Shown here: positions 1-10,300 of the stretch, piece after piece
How positions within the stretch are numbered: the first letter of the stretch is position 1
How the letters are laid out: each line of letters starts with the position of its first letter
Source of the DNA: a bacterium
GTDB lineage: Bacteria; Hinthialibacterota; Hinthialibacteria; Hinthialibacterales; Hinthialibacteraceae
NCBI GenBank assembly: GCA_963662285.2
Contig: CAXXMV010000006.1
Location: forward strand, 1,056,001-1,120,000
Direction: 5' to 3'
Length of the DNA: 64,000 bases
Notes under the pieces: model-generated
The model's database searches: none
Told to the model about the DNA's origin: nothing
The model's input: the letters and a program-made list of their open reading frames with translations, nothing else
Position numbers and translations under genes: made by a program

Positions 1-22
1 TTCACAAGCGTCAGGATACAGA

Positions 23-207
23 TTGTTGGCAGGTCTTCGGACTTGTAGGCTTTAAGAATGGTTAGGTTTTCTAATCCCCACTGCTTCCCGGTTTATATAT
101 AAACCAGTGCTTTACTGTGGGTTTCGTTCCTACATACCGCTGCGGGGCAGTTCCAGATTTTCACAGGATTCCCTCTTATGAAGCATCAATATGCTTCGAA
201 CCAACAA
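23..207 (-). promoter_or_regulatory. Cobalamin (B12) riboswitch; the regulated gene lies beyond the left edge of the window
   Basis: The minus strand carries the B12-element motifs in order: GGT..., AAGAGGGAATCCTGTGAAAATCTGGAACTGCCCCGCAGCGGT, GCACTGG...CCGGGAAG, AAGTCCGAAGACCTGCC. Closing stem is TTGTTGG/CCAACAA. Confidence 0.93.
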
Positions 208-215
208 CGGTATAC

Positions 216-243
216 ATTATATAGGGTATTTATTGTATGTCAA
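216..243 (-). promoter_or_regulatory. Sigma70-type promoter driving the riboswitch transcript
   Basis: Minus strand TTGACA-16 bp-TATAAT immediately upstream of the riboswitch 5' end. Confidence 0.75.
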
Positions 244-269
244 CCACAAAATATAGTATTTTAGGTTGA

Positions 270-1706
270 TCAAGTGGCGGCGAGCGCAAGTTGAGGGCAG
301 AGGATATCGATAACATCTGCTGCGGAGTATGATAATTCTCCTTCTTTGAGAAAGCGAGTTACCAAGGATAGTTCAATGCCGGTAGTAATAATAGCTTTTT
401 CCAAATACCCGCTGGAGCGCATTTGAGCTAAGCCGATGCCAGCGAGAAGACCGTTGCAAAGGCATTTGCGGCCTTCTAATTCTTTGGGATCGCCGGATTT
501 TCTGATGAAATTATCAGCCGGTTCAGCCGGGCAGCGATAGATGATTTTATCGTCATCCTGTTTAACTGGAGTGCGTAGAAATCCTAAATCGCAAATCCTG
601 GGTCTAGCCTCATAGACCTTTTGATCGGAAACGGTATCGTCCATCTGGAAAACCTTAAACGGATATCCTGTGGGAGATGCTTTCGGATCAGTGAAGACTT
701 TGGCTTTACCTTCAACAATCATTTGAATGATTTTCTTCTTATAATCATTTCTGATGCCGGATTCATTGCAAAAGGCGAATGGCGTGCCGATTTGCACTCC
801 CTTGGCGCCCTGGTCAAGCGCTTCCTGAACTTTGGCTGGTTCGCCATAAGACCCAGCTAACCAGAAAGGTAAACCAAGTTTGCTTATCTTTTCAATATCG
901 ATGAAATCCTTATCGCCATAGATTGGTTCACCCTTTGCATCAATATTCAGTTTCCCACGTGGAGGAGCATTATGGCCTCCGGCGCAAGCTTTCTCGATGA
1001 TGAAGCCATCGACTTTGCCGGTTGATTTTCGTTTGAGAGATATTGCCAGTGTTGCTGATGAGACGATAGCCAGGAATTTAGGGCGTTCGAGTGGTTTTGG
1101 CAAATCGCCGATGACATCTTTTGGTTTGAAAGTCATCTGGAATTTGTCATCGGCGTCAGCATTTTCAACGTGGATGCGAATGGATGCTTCTTTGTGGTCT
1201 ACATATTTATCCAGAACGCCGGGGATTTCGCGTGGTATGCCGGCGCCCATAATGACGTAATCTATCCCGGCCAACATGGCGCCATAAATAGAGGCGAGAT
1301 TGGGGAGTTGAATTTTTTCTAATAAATTAATCCCGACAGGATTGTTGTGACCTTCTTTGGCGAGAAATACTTCGCAGAAATTACCAACAACAGTTAACTG
1401 AAGTCGTTCCTTTAGACTATTGAGGTTATACATCGGCAATGTTTTGAAACTTTGTTTCTCTTTTTTACCGTCTTTAATGAAGTATTTTTTATAGATCCAT
1501 TGAGCAATATCCTGATTAGGAAAATGATCCAAAGCGCGTTTTATATGTCCGCCAAAGTCTCCGAGTTGCAGACGCCTGGTTAAGACTGTATCTAGAAAAG
1601 TACCGGAAATAACGCCTAGTTGATTTAACTTAGAAACTGCGTTGGCAAGCACCCAGTTCGATACGCCTACGCCCATACCGCCTTGAATGATGACAGGATA
1701 ACTCAT
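270..1706 (-). CDS. Nitronate monooxygenase / 2-nitropropane dioxygenase-family flavin oxidoreductase
   Basis: N-terminal PVIIQGGMGVGVS, GAGIP, AGGHN and GAKGVQIGTPF motifs; 478 aa. Confidence 0.88.
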   Translation of the reverse strand: MSYPVIIQGGMGVGVSNWVLANAVSKLNQLGVISGTFLDTVLTRRLQLGDFGGHIKRALDHFPNQDIAQWIYKKYFIKDGKKEKQSFKTLPMYNLNSLKERLQLTVVGNFCEVFLAKEGHNNPVGINLLEKIQLPNLASIYGAMLAGIDYVIMGAGIPREIPGVLDKYVDHKEASIRIHVENADADDKFQMTFKPKDVIGDLPKPLERPKFLAIVSSATLAISLKRKSTGKVDGFIIEKACAGGHNAPPRGKLNIDAKGEPIYGDKDFIDIEKISKLGLPFWLAGSYGEPAKVQEALDQGAKGVQIGTPFAFCNESGIRNDYKKKIIQMIVEGKAKVFTDPKASPTGYPFKVFQMDDTVSDQKVYEARPRICDLGFLRTPVKQDDDKIIYRCPAEPADNFIRKSGDPKELEGRKCLCNGLLAGIGLAQMRSSGYLEKAIITTGIELSLVTRFLKEGELSYSAADVIDILCPQLALAAT

Positions 1707-1980
1707 GTGATTTTGTAATTTCCTTTATCGGGTATATCGCCTATAAATACTTAGAACTTTTTTAGTCAATCTTTGTTTCATTAAAGTCAAGGAATCTAAA
1801 TATAGATAACCTATTTATACCCGAAGGAACTTGTGTTACTGCGAGTAAATAATATTTTTTAATACACCTCATATATCCAAGTTAGGTACAAATAAACGAA
1901 TATACGATTAGAAGAAGATTTTAACCGTAATTTTAAAGCATAAAAGCCCTGTTAAAGAAGAGAAGCCCTTATTAGAGAGT

Positions 1981-2760
1981 TTAACTCTTTTCTCCGGGAA
2001 TATTCAAAAAACCTGGTTTGACAGGAATTGGAGGTATATTTGCTTCCAAGATAGATGGTTTGAGGTAATTCTTCAAGTAAAAACCGGGATTTCTTGTTTC
2101 TGGAAACTTGTCACTTAAACCAATGATTCTGTCTAGAGAAATATAATAGCGGAAAGCGAGAAAAGAAACTAACTGAAACAGTGATTTTTCCTGTTCTTCA
2201 GAAACCATAGTTTTATCGTAATTACCTAGTAAAGCAATAGTTAGATAACCATCCAGGTCCATTTGTTCTTTGGAACGTCTGGATAAACGCTTCAAGAGAA
2301 TTTCTTCTTGTGGAATATCGCCGGATCTAAAGGTAAATGAGTCTTCTTTATGCAATTCAGCCGGGATACTTTCTTCCCGTCCAACAAATATCTTACCGGT
2401 TGGTTCAATGAAGAAATGGAAAGGTAAATCGCCGCCGCCGTGTTTTTTCTCATATCTTTTTAAGAGGTTTGACATATAGGTTAATGCGGTTTCGCCAGAG
2501 TAATCTGCGCCGGTATCCATTATAACAATGCCTTTTACCTTGTGGCTGCTGAAAGAGCCTGATGGGAGTTCGCCAAGTGACGCCCTTGGGATTGATCTGG
2601 GCTGAATTGGTTTATCGTGAAACATCTCGACTAAACCGTATTTATCATCAAGAGACACGCATGATGATAAGAGAAAGATTGGTAAAAGCAACATAACATT
2701 TTTGATATTCAGGTAGGATAACATTTTTGTTTTATAGGGCTTAGGTACAAGATAATTCAT
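1981..2760 (-). CDS. PGRP / N-acetylmuramoyl-L-alanine amidase (Amidase_2)-like lipoprotein, probably catalytically inactive
   Basis: Lipobox LLSSC; fold motifs HFFIEPTGKIFVGR, IALLGNYD, EQEKSLFQLV, RIIG..D..ETRNPG; the Zn-ligand positions are substituted. Confidence 0.7.
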   Translation of the reverse strand: MNYLVPKPYKTKMLSYLNIKNVMLLLPIFLLSSCVSLDDKYGLVEMFHDKPIQPRSIPRASLGELPSGSFSSHKVKGIVIMDTGADYSGETALTYMSNLLKRYEKKHGGGDLPFHFFIEPTGKIFVGREESIPAELHKEDSFTFRSGDIPQEEILLKRLSRRSKEQMDLDGYLTIALLGNYDKTMVSEEQEKSLFQLVSFLAFRYYISLDRIIGLSDKFPETRNPGFYLKNYLKPSILEANIPPIPVKPGFLNIPGEKS

Positions 2761-2955
2761 AAGATTACTTTCTGATTTAGTATATTCATTATTGATGAAT
2801 AGAATTTTACCAGAGGTTTTACCGCTGGTTTTATAATTCTATAAGAAATATTCCTAATAATATAGATATACTATAGAATCGTTTATGTCACAAGCATTAC
2901 AAAAATATAGTAAGATAATCAGCAAAGAGGTATCAACCAATCATGTTGAACTCAT

Positions 2956-3384
2956 CTAAGAGGCGCCTGATCGTCCTTCGGTGTTTTGGTGGTTTGAAGA
3001 TTTGATTTCGGCGCGCAACTGGTCTAATTCATTGTTTAATAAAGTTATCTCTTGTATAGCATCTTTCAACTTAAATGAGAAATCTGTGATTTTTACGGAA
3101 AACTGTAAATTCATCAGAAGCAGGAAAAAAATTGCCAGGAATAAAACCGCCGAAGTTGTCATGCCAGCCCCTATGAATTTAGTAAACCATTCCAGGTAAG
3201 GATATAACCATAAAAATGAGATGGCAAAGACGCCGATGGCTATCCAGATGGCGGAGTATTGTTCCAAGATTTTCCTGCGCCGCACCAATTCGATAATGAT
3301 GCATAACAGGATTAGACCAGATGTTATTATGAAGATTTGCTGGCGTAAAGGAATTTCAAGGCTATTCATTTTAATATTCTCCAC
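2956..3384 (-). CDS. DUF2304-family membrane protein
   Basis: IIELVRRRKILEQYSAIWI motif, three TM segments, C-terminal coiled coil (LKDAIQEITLL). Confidence 0.8.
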   Translation of the reverse strand: MENIKMNSLEIPLRQQIFIITSGLILLCIIIELVRRRKILEQYSAIWIAIGVFAISFLWLYPYLEWFTKFIGAGMTTSAVLFLAIFFLLLMNLQFSVKITDFSFKLKDAIQEITLLNNELDQLRAEIKSSNHQNTEGRSGAS

Positions 3385-3416
3385 AAATTTTTGTGATCAA
3401 GAGAAACTTTTCGATT

Positions 3417-5798
3417 TTACAGTTCCGCCTTAGGCGATAGCGTAATAGCGATTCTATTGTTATCCGAGATGTTAACTCCGGTTTTACACGCCGGAAAAAT
3501 TAAGCGGAAAAGGCATCCCTTGGCTGGAAGATTTTCAACTTCGATTTTTCCTGCATGGCTGTCTATGATCTGATGTACAAGAGATAATCCTAGTCCGGTT
3601 CCTCTATCTTTTGATGTATAAAAGGGATCGAAAATCTTATCAATTTGTTCAGGCGTAATGCCTTGACCCTGATCTTCAATATCAATGGCGATTTCACCGG
3701 ATGAATAGGGATAGGCTCGTAATGTGATTTTTCCCCCATCCGGCATGGCTTCTTGAGCGTTAATGAATAGATTCAGGAAAGCCTGCCTGCATAGATTGAC
3801 GTCAACCGCTATTTGAGGAAGGTCATCAGCGCATTGCGTAGTTAGAGTATATGATTCATTGTCCTGCTGTTTATCGAAATATTCTTCCATCAAGCGCAAT
3901 AGTTCATCAACGGGTAACGTTTCCAGGTTAGGCGAAGGAGGGCGGGCGAAGACGAGAAAATCGTTAACCACGCGAGACAAACGGCGCACTTCGCCCACGA
4001 TGAACTCTGATAAACCTTCTTCACCAGGTTGATCGCCAAAGCGGTTGCGCAGCAGTTCGGCTGAACCTTGAATGATTCCCAGCGGGTTGCGTATTTCATG
4101 CGCCAATCCAGCCGACATGCGTCCCAGAGCTGCCAGGCGGTCTTGCCGACGCACTTGTTCTTCCAGGTGTCGTATAGTAGTTAAATCATGAAAAGTAACC
4201 ACTAATCGTTTCAATTCGTCTTTTTCAAGCACAGGAACAAGGCTTACCTGCAAGGAAAGGATGCTATCACCGCATTCATAGAGGATTTCATTTTCCTGTT
4301 TGGAAATTTTATGATGCAAAGTATATGTGACCAGATTGGTGAAAGAGGAACTTTCAATGACGTCGCTAATATGCTTGTCTTTCCAATCCGAGATTTGCAG
4401 GATGCGTTCTCCAACCTGATTGATGTGGCTGATTTGGCCTTCCTGGCTGATGCTCATCACGCCGGTATTGATATTTGCAAGGATGCTTTGAAGAAAATGC
4501 TGAGTCTCAGCCAATTCGAGGTTGCTGAATTCCAATTCATCGGTTTTATCACGTAGTTGGGCTATTTGGTGTTGTATTCTGGCTGCAAGTTGGTTGAAAG
4601 TTGAACTGAGCAGGCGTTGTTCTTCCGTACCCTGTTTTTTCACGCGAACGTCGAAGTCGCCTTCCGCCATGCATCGGGCCGCTCCGGCAAGTTCATTGAT
4701 TGGTTTAGAGATGGTTCTAGCAAAAAGAACTGCTGCAATTACGATGATTATCAATGTAACTCCATAAGCCACTGTGAGCGAATAACCGATAATACCAAGA
4801 ATACTGGTTATGGGGATGCCTAAAGCGATGATGGCGCTTAGTTCATGCCGATGATTAACGACGGGGAGTAATTTCATCTGCATGGGAACAGTGGTTATGG
4901 CTTCGGCGCTGTTATCTGGAGGCGGCTCATGATCCTTTTGTAGAGATATAGGCGTCAGGCGGAATCGAGCAGGCCATCCGGTATCGTCGGGATCAATTTG
5001 CACTCTATCGATATTTATTTCCTGAAATTCTTTATAAGGTTCAAAGCCGAATAATCTGGCGATTTGATCCCCGGTTAAATAATTCTCAAATAGTTTTGGC
5101 TGAGGATAAAGAAGAACCGGCTGAGGATCATATCTTTTGACATTGAGAACCGGAGGACGTAATGGATCGTCGGGGAACTTTTCGATAAGAAGCGTTTTTA
5201 AGAATAAACCTCCAATGGTTTTAATCTCAGAGATATGTTCTCCCTTAACAATATCCTGGATTGCATAGCAATAGAGTTTATTGTTCTCTTCATATAACAA
5301 TCCCTTGTTTGCCCATTTTTTCATATCCTGATAAGGTTTGTTAGGAAATAATTGTATAGGATATTGTGGATACTTTAATGTTCGTTGTCTGAGTGAATCA
5401 GTATCCCTTTTCCACAATTGAGGATTCGATTGCCATAATGCTCGTTTCCAATTCTCAGGTACTTTCTTCCACAATTCCTCTTCCCAAAAATTAATATTTG
5501 TTAAAACGTTTGTATCATCCAGCGATTCGGATAATTCCAATAACTCCACTAGATTGGGGCGTGTTGCAAAACGTTCCTGTAAGTATTGCGCAAGAGGTAA
5601 GAGAACTTCGGTTCCTGGAACACTTCGGTGAAAATTTATATCCCGCAAAATTTCATCAGCGGTTTTCTCCAGCCATTGGGTGCGTACTTTTTGATTGCGA
5701 ATCTGGAGAGTGTAATAAGAGACTAAAGCGAGGGGGCACATCGCTATAATAGCGACGCCGAGGAAAGCGGCAATAAGTCTGCTTCTCAATCGTTTCAT
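3417..5798 (-). CDS. Membrane sensor histidine kinase (periplasmic sensor, HAMP, PAS, HisKA, HATPase; NtrB/NtrY-like)
   Basis: Two TMs; HAMP (KPINELAGAARCMAEGDF); H-box AHEIRNPL; N-box NLFINAQEAM; G-boxes DQGQGI and GTGLGL. Confidence 0.92.
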   Translation of the reverse strand: MKRLRSRLIAAFLGVAIIAMCPLALVSYYTLQIRNQKVRTQWLEKTADEILRDINFHRSVPGTEVLLPLAQYLQERFATRPNLVELLELSESLDDTNVLTNINFWEEELWKKVPENWKRALWQSNPQLWKRDTDSLRQRTLKYPQYPIQLFPNKPYQDMKKWANKGLLYEENNKLYCYAIQDIVKGEHISEIKTIGGLFLKTLLIEKFPDDPLRPPVLNVKRYDPQPVLLYPQPKLFENYLTGDQIARLFGFEPYKEFQEINIDRVQIDPDDTGWPARFRLTPISLQKDHEPPPDNSAEAITTVPMQMKLLPVVNHRHELSAIIALGIPITSILGIIGYSLTVAYGVTLIIIVIAAVLFARTISKPINELAGAARCMAEGDFDVRVKKQGTEEQRLLSSTFNQLAARIQHQIAQLRDKTDELEFSNLELAETQHFLQSILANINTGVMSISQEGQISHINQVGERILQISDWKDKHISDVIESSSFTNLVTYTLHHKISKQENEILYECGDSILSLQVSLVPVLEKDELKRLVVTFHDLTTIRHLEEQVRRQDRLAALGRMSAGLAHEIRNPLGIIQGSAELLRNRFGDQPGEEGLSEFIVGEVRRLSRVVNDFLVFARPPSPNLETLPVDELLRLMEEYFDKQQDNESYTLTTQCADDLPQIAVDVNLCRQAFLNLFINAQEAMPDGGKITLRAYPYSSGEIAIDIEDQGQGITPEQIDKIFDPFYTSKDRGTGLGLSLVHQIIDSHAGKIEVENLPAKGCLFRLIFPACKTGVNISDNNRIAITLSPKAEL

Positions 5799-5960
5799 AG
5801 TCTCTGGAACGCGTTTAATACCTTTTCAATAATTAAAGCGGAACAATCAAATACGCCATATTATACCAAATTAAACATTTGTTTCGCCCTCTTTGGTGAG
5901 GAAATGCGAAAAAGAAATTAAACAATGGGGGAATATAAACAGTTATTTGTATAATTAGTA

Positions 5961-7025
5961 TTATTGCCAGACGCCCGGGATGATTTCATTGCATTTAGGA
6001 CATGCGCCATTGGTTACATTATTTTGACTGACGCGGAAGCCGCATCGCTCAACTAATAGCGCATTGCATTTAGGGCAATAGGTGTTTTCCCATTCAGGCG
6101 CATGTCCATGAACGTTACCCACATAGACGAAGCGTAATCCTGCTTCTTTGCCGATATTGCCCGCATTTAGCAGAGTTTTTAGTCGAGTATTTCCTACGCC
6201 ATACATTTTATAATTCTCGTGAAACGCGGTTACATGCCAGGGGATATTCTTATCGACCGAAGCGATGAAACGGGCGATATCACGCAACTCCGCTGTTGAG
6301 TCATTCAACTCAGGAACCACGAGGGTCACTATCTCCACCCAGAAATTGTTCTGGTGCAGCAGGCCAATGGTTTGCAGAACCGATTCAAGCGAGCCGCCCA
6401 TTTTCTGGTAACTTCTGGGTTGGAAACATTTTAAGTCAACCTTGAAGCCATCCACCCACGGTTTGAGATACTGGATAATTTCAGGCGTTCCGTTGCCATT
6501 GGAAACGTAGGAAGTGTGGAGTCCAAGCTGTTTGGCATGGCGGAATATTTCGACTGCCCATTCGGATGTGATCAGCGGCTCATTATAAGTGCTGGTAACG
6601 GTTTTAGCGCCGCATCGTATTGTCAGATCAACCATTGCTTCGGCTGTGATAAGGCGGATTCCTCCTCCGGCGTTTTCATCGCGAATGGCTTGTGAGGTTT
6701 GCCAGTTTTGGCAAAATGAACAGTGCAGGTTGCAGCCCATCATGCCAAAACTCATGGCGTCGGTTCCCGGCATGAAATGGAAGAAAGGTTTTTTTTCTAT
6801 CGGATCGCAGTTGTAACCCGCTGTGTAACCAAATGGAACCTTCAATTGGCCATTTTGATTGAATCTAACTTTACAGACGCCGGATCGATTATTCTTGATC
6901 AAACAGCGGATGCCGCAAGCGTGACAACGGATGGCGTTATCTTTCTCTGGTGTGAATAATATTCCATTGCTTACGTGTTGGGCTAGTTGTTTTTCCAGTG
7001 TTATAGAATCTGATTGTTCATTCAT
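5961..7025 (-). CDS. amrS: AmmeMemoRadiSam system radical SAM enzyme
   Basis: N-terminal CxxCxxxC...C, DPIEKKPFFHF, radical-SAM CNLHCSFCQNW, TYNEP, C-terminal CPKC...CPKC. Confidence 0.92.
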   Translation of the reverse strand: MNEQSDSITLEKQLAQHVSNGILFTPEKDNAIRCHACGIRCLIKNNRSGVCKVRFNQNGQLKVPFGYTAGYNCDPIEKKPFFHFMPGTDAMSFGMMGCNLHCSFCQNWQTSQAIRDENAGGGIRLITAEAMVDLTIRCGAKTVTSTYNEPLITSEWAVEIFRHAKQLGLHTSYVSNGNGTPEIIQYLKPWVDGFKVDLKCFQPRSYQKMGGSLESVLQTIGLLHQNNFWVEIVTLVVPELNDSTAELRDIARFIASVDKNIPWHVTAFHENYKMYGVGNTRLKTLLNAGNIGKEAGLRFVYVGNVHGHAPEWENTYCPKCNALLVERCGFRVSQNNVTNGACPKCNEIIPGVWQ

Positions 7026-7119
7026 GACAATATTTTATGCGATTATAAAATAATTTTCCAGAAGGGCTTTACCAAAGCTTAAAGAGTTGTAATATCTTGA
7101 CGTTAGAAAAAAGCAGTAT

Positions 7120-7207
7120 GCCGGAGTGGTGGAATTGGTAGACGCGCTAGGTTCAGGACCTAGTGTCCTTTTTGGACGTGGGAGTTCGACTCTCCCCTTC
7201 GGCACCA
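7120..7207 (+). tRNA. tRNA-Leu (anticodon CAG)
   Basis: Acceptor stem GCCGGAG/CTTCGGC, D-loop GGAATTGGTAGAC, anticodon arm CTAGG-TTCAGGA-CCTAG, long variable arm, T-loop GTTCGACTC, encoded CCA. Confidence 0.97.
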
Positions 7208-7354
7208 TTTAAATAACTTAATATGCTTGACATACAATCATATCTTTCCAATCCCCCAAATAACTATTTCAAATTCTAAAAACAACTGGTTATATTGTTT
7301 TCCGTTGTTTCCACTTTTAGGCTTAAGGATTTTTGGCGCCAACGATGAATCCTA

Positions 7355-10300
7355 TTACTCGTAAGTGAGTATCAGTTTCCAACTTTCAAGAACAGGATTT
7401 CCTTCTCCTAACCAGTCTTCAAGCATAAGCGTCCATTCACCTAGTGATCTTTCGGACGGTACATCTTCGTCGAGAATATAAATCCACATACCTTGTTTCG
7501 TTCCAGGTACTGCATCGAAGAAGTCGTACCATTCACCCGATGGCAATACCAGATTAATAATTATTTCTTCCCATTCCGAACACGTGACTGTAATTTCCGC
7601 TCTGAAATGCGTAAGAACACGATCAGTTGTACAGTTAATCACGCGTGTTAGTGTATCGAGTTCAAATGTATTTAAATCAAGAGATGGAATGGGTACGCCC
7701 GCCTGGTCTTCGAGTATCTCCGATTGGGGGCCTGTTGAGGGCGGCGGAGTGGGAGTCGGAGTCCAGGGTTTAGGTGTTGGCGTCCTTGTCGGGATTCTTG
7801 TTGGCGTAGCAAGTTTGGTCGGGGTAGGAGTGTTCGGTTTTGGTATCAGGATACTGGTTGGCGTTGGGTATAACATTGATGGAGAATCGCTAAACATAGA
7901 AGCGGAGAACGAAGCGCCCGGCTCCATGATAAAGGCTTCCATACGATCAATCAGTACAAGGCTGCTGCCTCCCGCGCCTCCAGCGACCTGGATAAAGGGC
8001 GTGATCCACTCACAGGCATCGGGCTGATACACCACACAAATACGCCCTTCTCGATCAACGTAACTGGATGAATTAGCGAGTTGAGTCAAAGCAAGGGAAC
8101 CATCAACGTTAATTTGTTTGAGAACGTCTCCCTTAAGAGCTCCCATAAAGATAGATGCATTAGGTGAATTTGCCCGTAGAGTCGTCCGGATTAGCGCAGA
8201 GCATCCTTTGGAGTTTATCGCTGTCTCTGCTAATAGGTAGATTATTTCATTATTGTTAACCAGAAGGCCTATTCCTTTTCCATCGTTCGAGGAGGGAATC
8301 TGGTTTGCTGAAATAGAATACTGTGGAATAACTGCTCCTGGTGCAGCGCCGCCAAATCCGCCGGGAATCTCTACCCAGGAGTTTGAGGCCAAGGTCGATC
8401 CATTGAATTCATAAACGACTGACGGTTGTGGTTGGTTTCCTGAAAGGCTCCCTCCTGATATTGGATTCGGTTGGTTACTGAACATGGAAGAGCAGAACGA
8501 ATAATCGCTATGCATCACAAAAACTTCCACTCGATCAATCATCACATTGGTTGTACCCTCCGTTTTTCCAGCGACCTGGATAAAGGGCGTAATCGACCCA
8601 CCGGAATCGGGTTGATAAACTACGCAAATCTGACCTTCTTTATTAACGAAATTGGATGCGCTTGCACATTGATCATATGCAATCGAACCATCCATTTGAC
8701 CTTTCAGGACGCCCAAAACAACTGATGCGTCGGGCGCGTTAGCGCGCAAAGTCATCCGGATAAGGGCGGGTAGGCCGCCTGCGTCTATAGTCGTTTGCGT
8801 TAATAAAAATGCGACTTCGTTCGGCTTAACAAGCACGGCAAGCCCTTTATTGTCCACTGATGATGGAATCTGATCTCCGGTGATGGGGAAGCATGGGAAA
8901 ATCGATCCCGACGCGGCGCTACCGAAACCGCCGGGAATCTCTCCCCATCCGTTGGCTTCCAAGGTTGCCTGGTTGAACTCAAAAACGGCCTTCGGCTGAG
9001 GGGCTTCTCCAGGTATGACAGCTTCTTTTGGCGTTGGCGTCATTGTATGCGTCGGCGTGGGGCGTTTCGTTGGTGTGCGTGTCGGAGTGAAGGTGCGCGT
9101 CGGAGTGAATGTGCGTGTCGGTGTGGGGGTTGAAGGCTCGACATTTGTTATGGGCATTGGAACGATCTTTAGATTGTCAAACTCCAATTGTTGAGCATAT
9201 AGTTGGATTCCTACATATCCTTTTTGGTATTCGTGATCGACGCCAGAGATAGTCAATCCATCATCCCGTGTAAACTTGAATAAACCGTCTTTGACTTCTA
9301 ACGTCAAATGCATTCTTGTCTGTTCGGGATATGGTATATAGTCATCCTTCAAAAATGAGATCAATTGGTACCAGGGTGTATTATCACTGAATCGTTTGGA
9401 AATCTTTAAGAAGGGTCCGTCGACCCCATCAAGAGAATTCTGCGGCCAAATATCATTGATCATTATTACGCGGTAGTGACGGTCTGTGCCTGTATAAGCC
9501 CAAACTAGTCCAATCCCATCATCGTCATTGGCAACGGTATCAATCTCAAGCCGGAAATTCGTAAACTGCTGTTTTTTATAGATGAGAAATGTCCCCATAA
9601 GGCATGTGTCGTCAACATTACCCCAAATATTAGAACCTTGATAAAGTGCATAGCCGTCAAGCCCCAATTGGCTCTTACGGATCTCCCATGTAGGTGGTTC
9701 CGAAAAACCCAACGATACATCAGTGATAACCTGCCAACCATTAAGGCTTCGATCCTCAAAATTGAAAATGATCGATTCTTCCCCGGATGGAAGTGGTGTG
9801 GGTGTCTTAGTCGGCGTGAATGTCCGCGTCGGTGTTGGAGGCGCAGGATCTGAGTCAGATTCGATCAGTACACGGAATGTATAATTCCAAGGCTTGTTTT
9901 TATCTGCAGGGGCGGTATATCCAAAATTCTCCAAATACAACAAAATTTTGTAAGTTCCGGCAGAGAGTTGAAAGCGTCCGGTGGCCTTCTCATTCGGATT
10001 GGCAATGACTTTTGATGAATTGAGTGATGGAAGATAGGCGACTTCTGAGTTATCATCTGCGTCGAAGATCGTTCCACCAATAGCCGTACCTCCTTCCGTG
10101 TGTCCTGTCAGGGTGGTATCGATCCAACTGTCCGAGTTGAGTTTCAGCGTGTACCAGTCTCTCATATCCATTTGTGCGGGATCGACGGAATAATCTTTAT
10201 ACCCCAAGTGCCCATGGTTGCCTCCGCTACTGATATTCGGGGCGCCCGCTGCATTATCAGTGGATGCGGGGTCATCCGGTATCGGGTCCTGCTTGTAGTT

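Noticed and set aside
7208-7350. Integrative element at the tRNA-Leu 3' end
   Set aside because: No integrase gene and no duplicated tRNA 3' end seen in the window.
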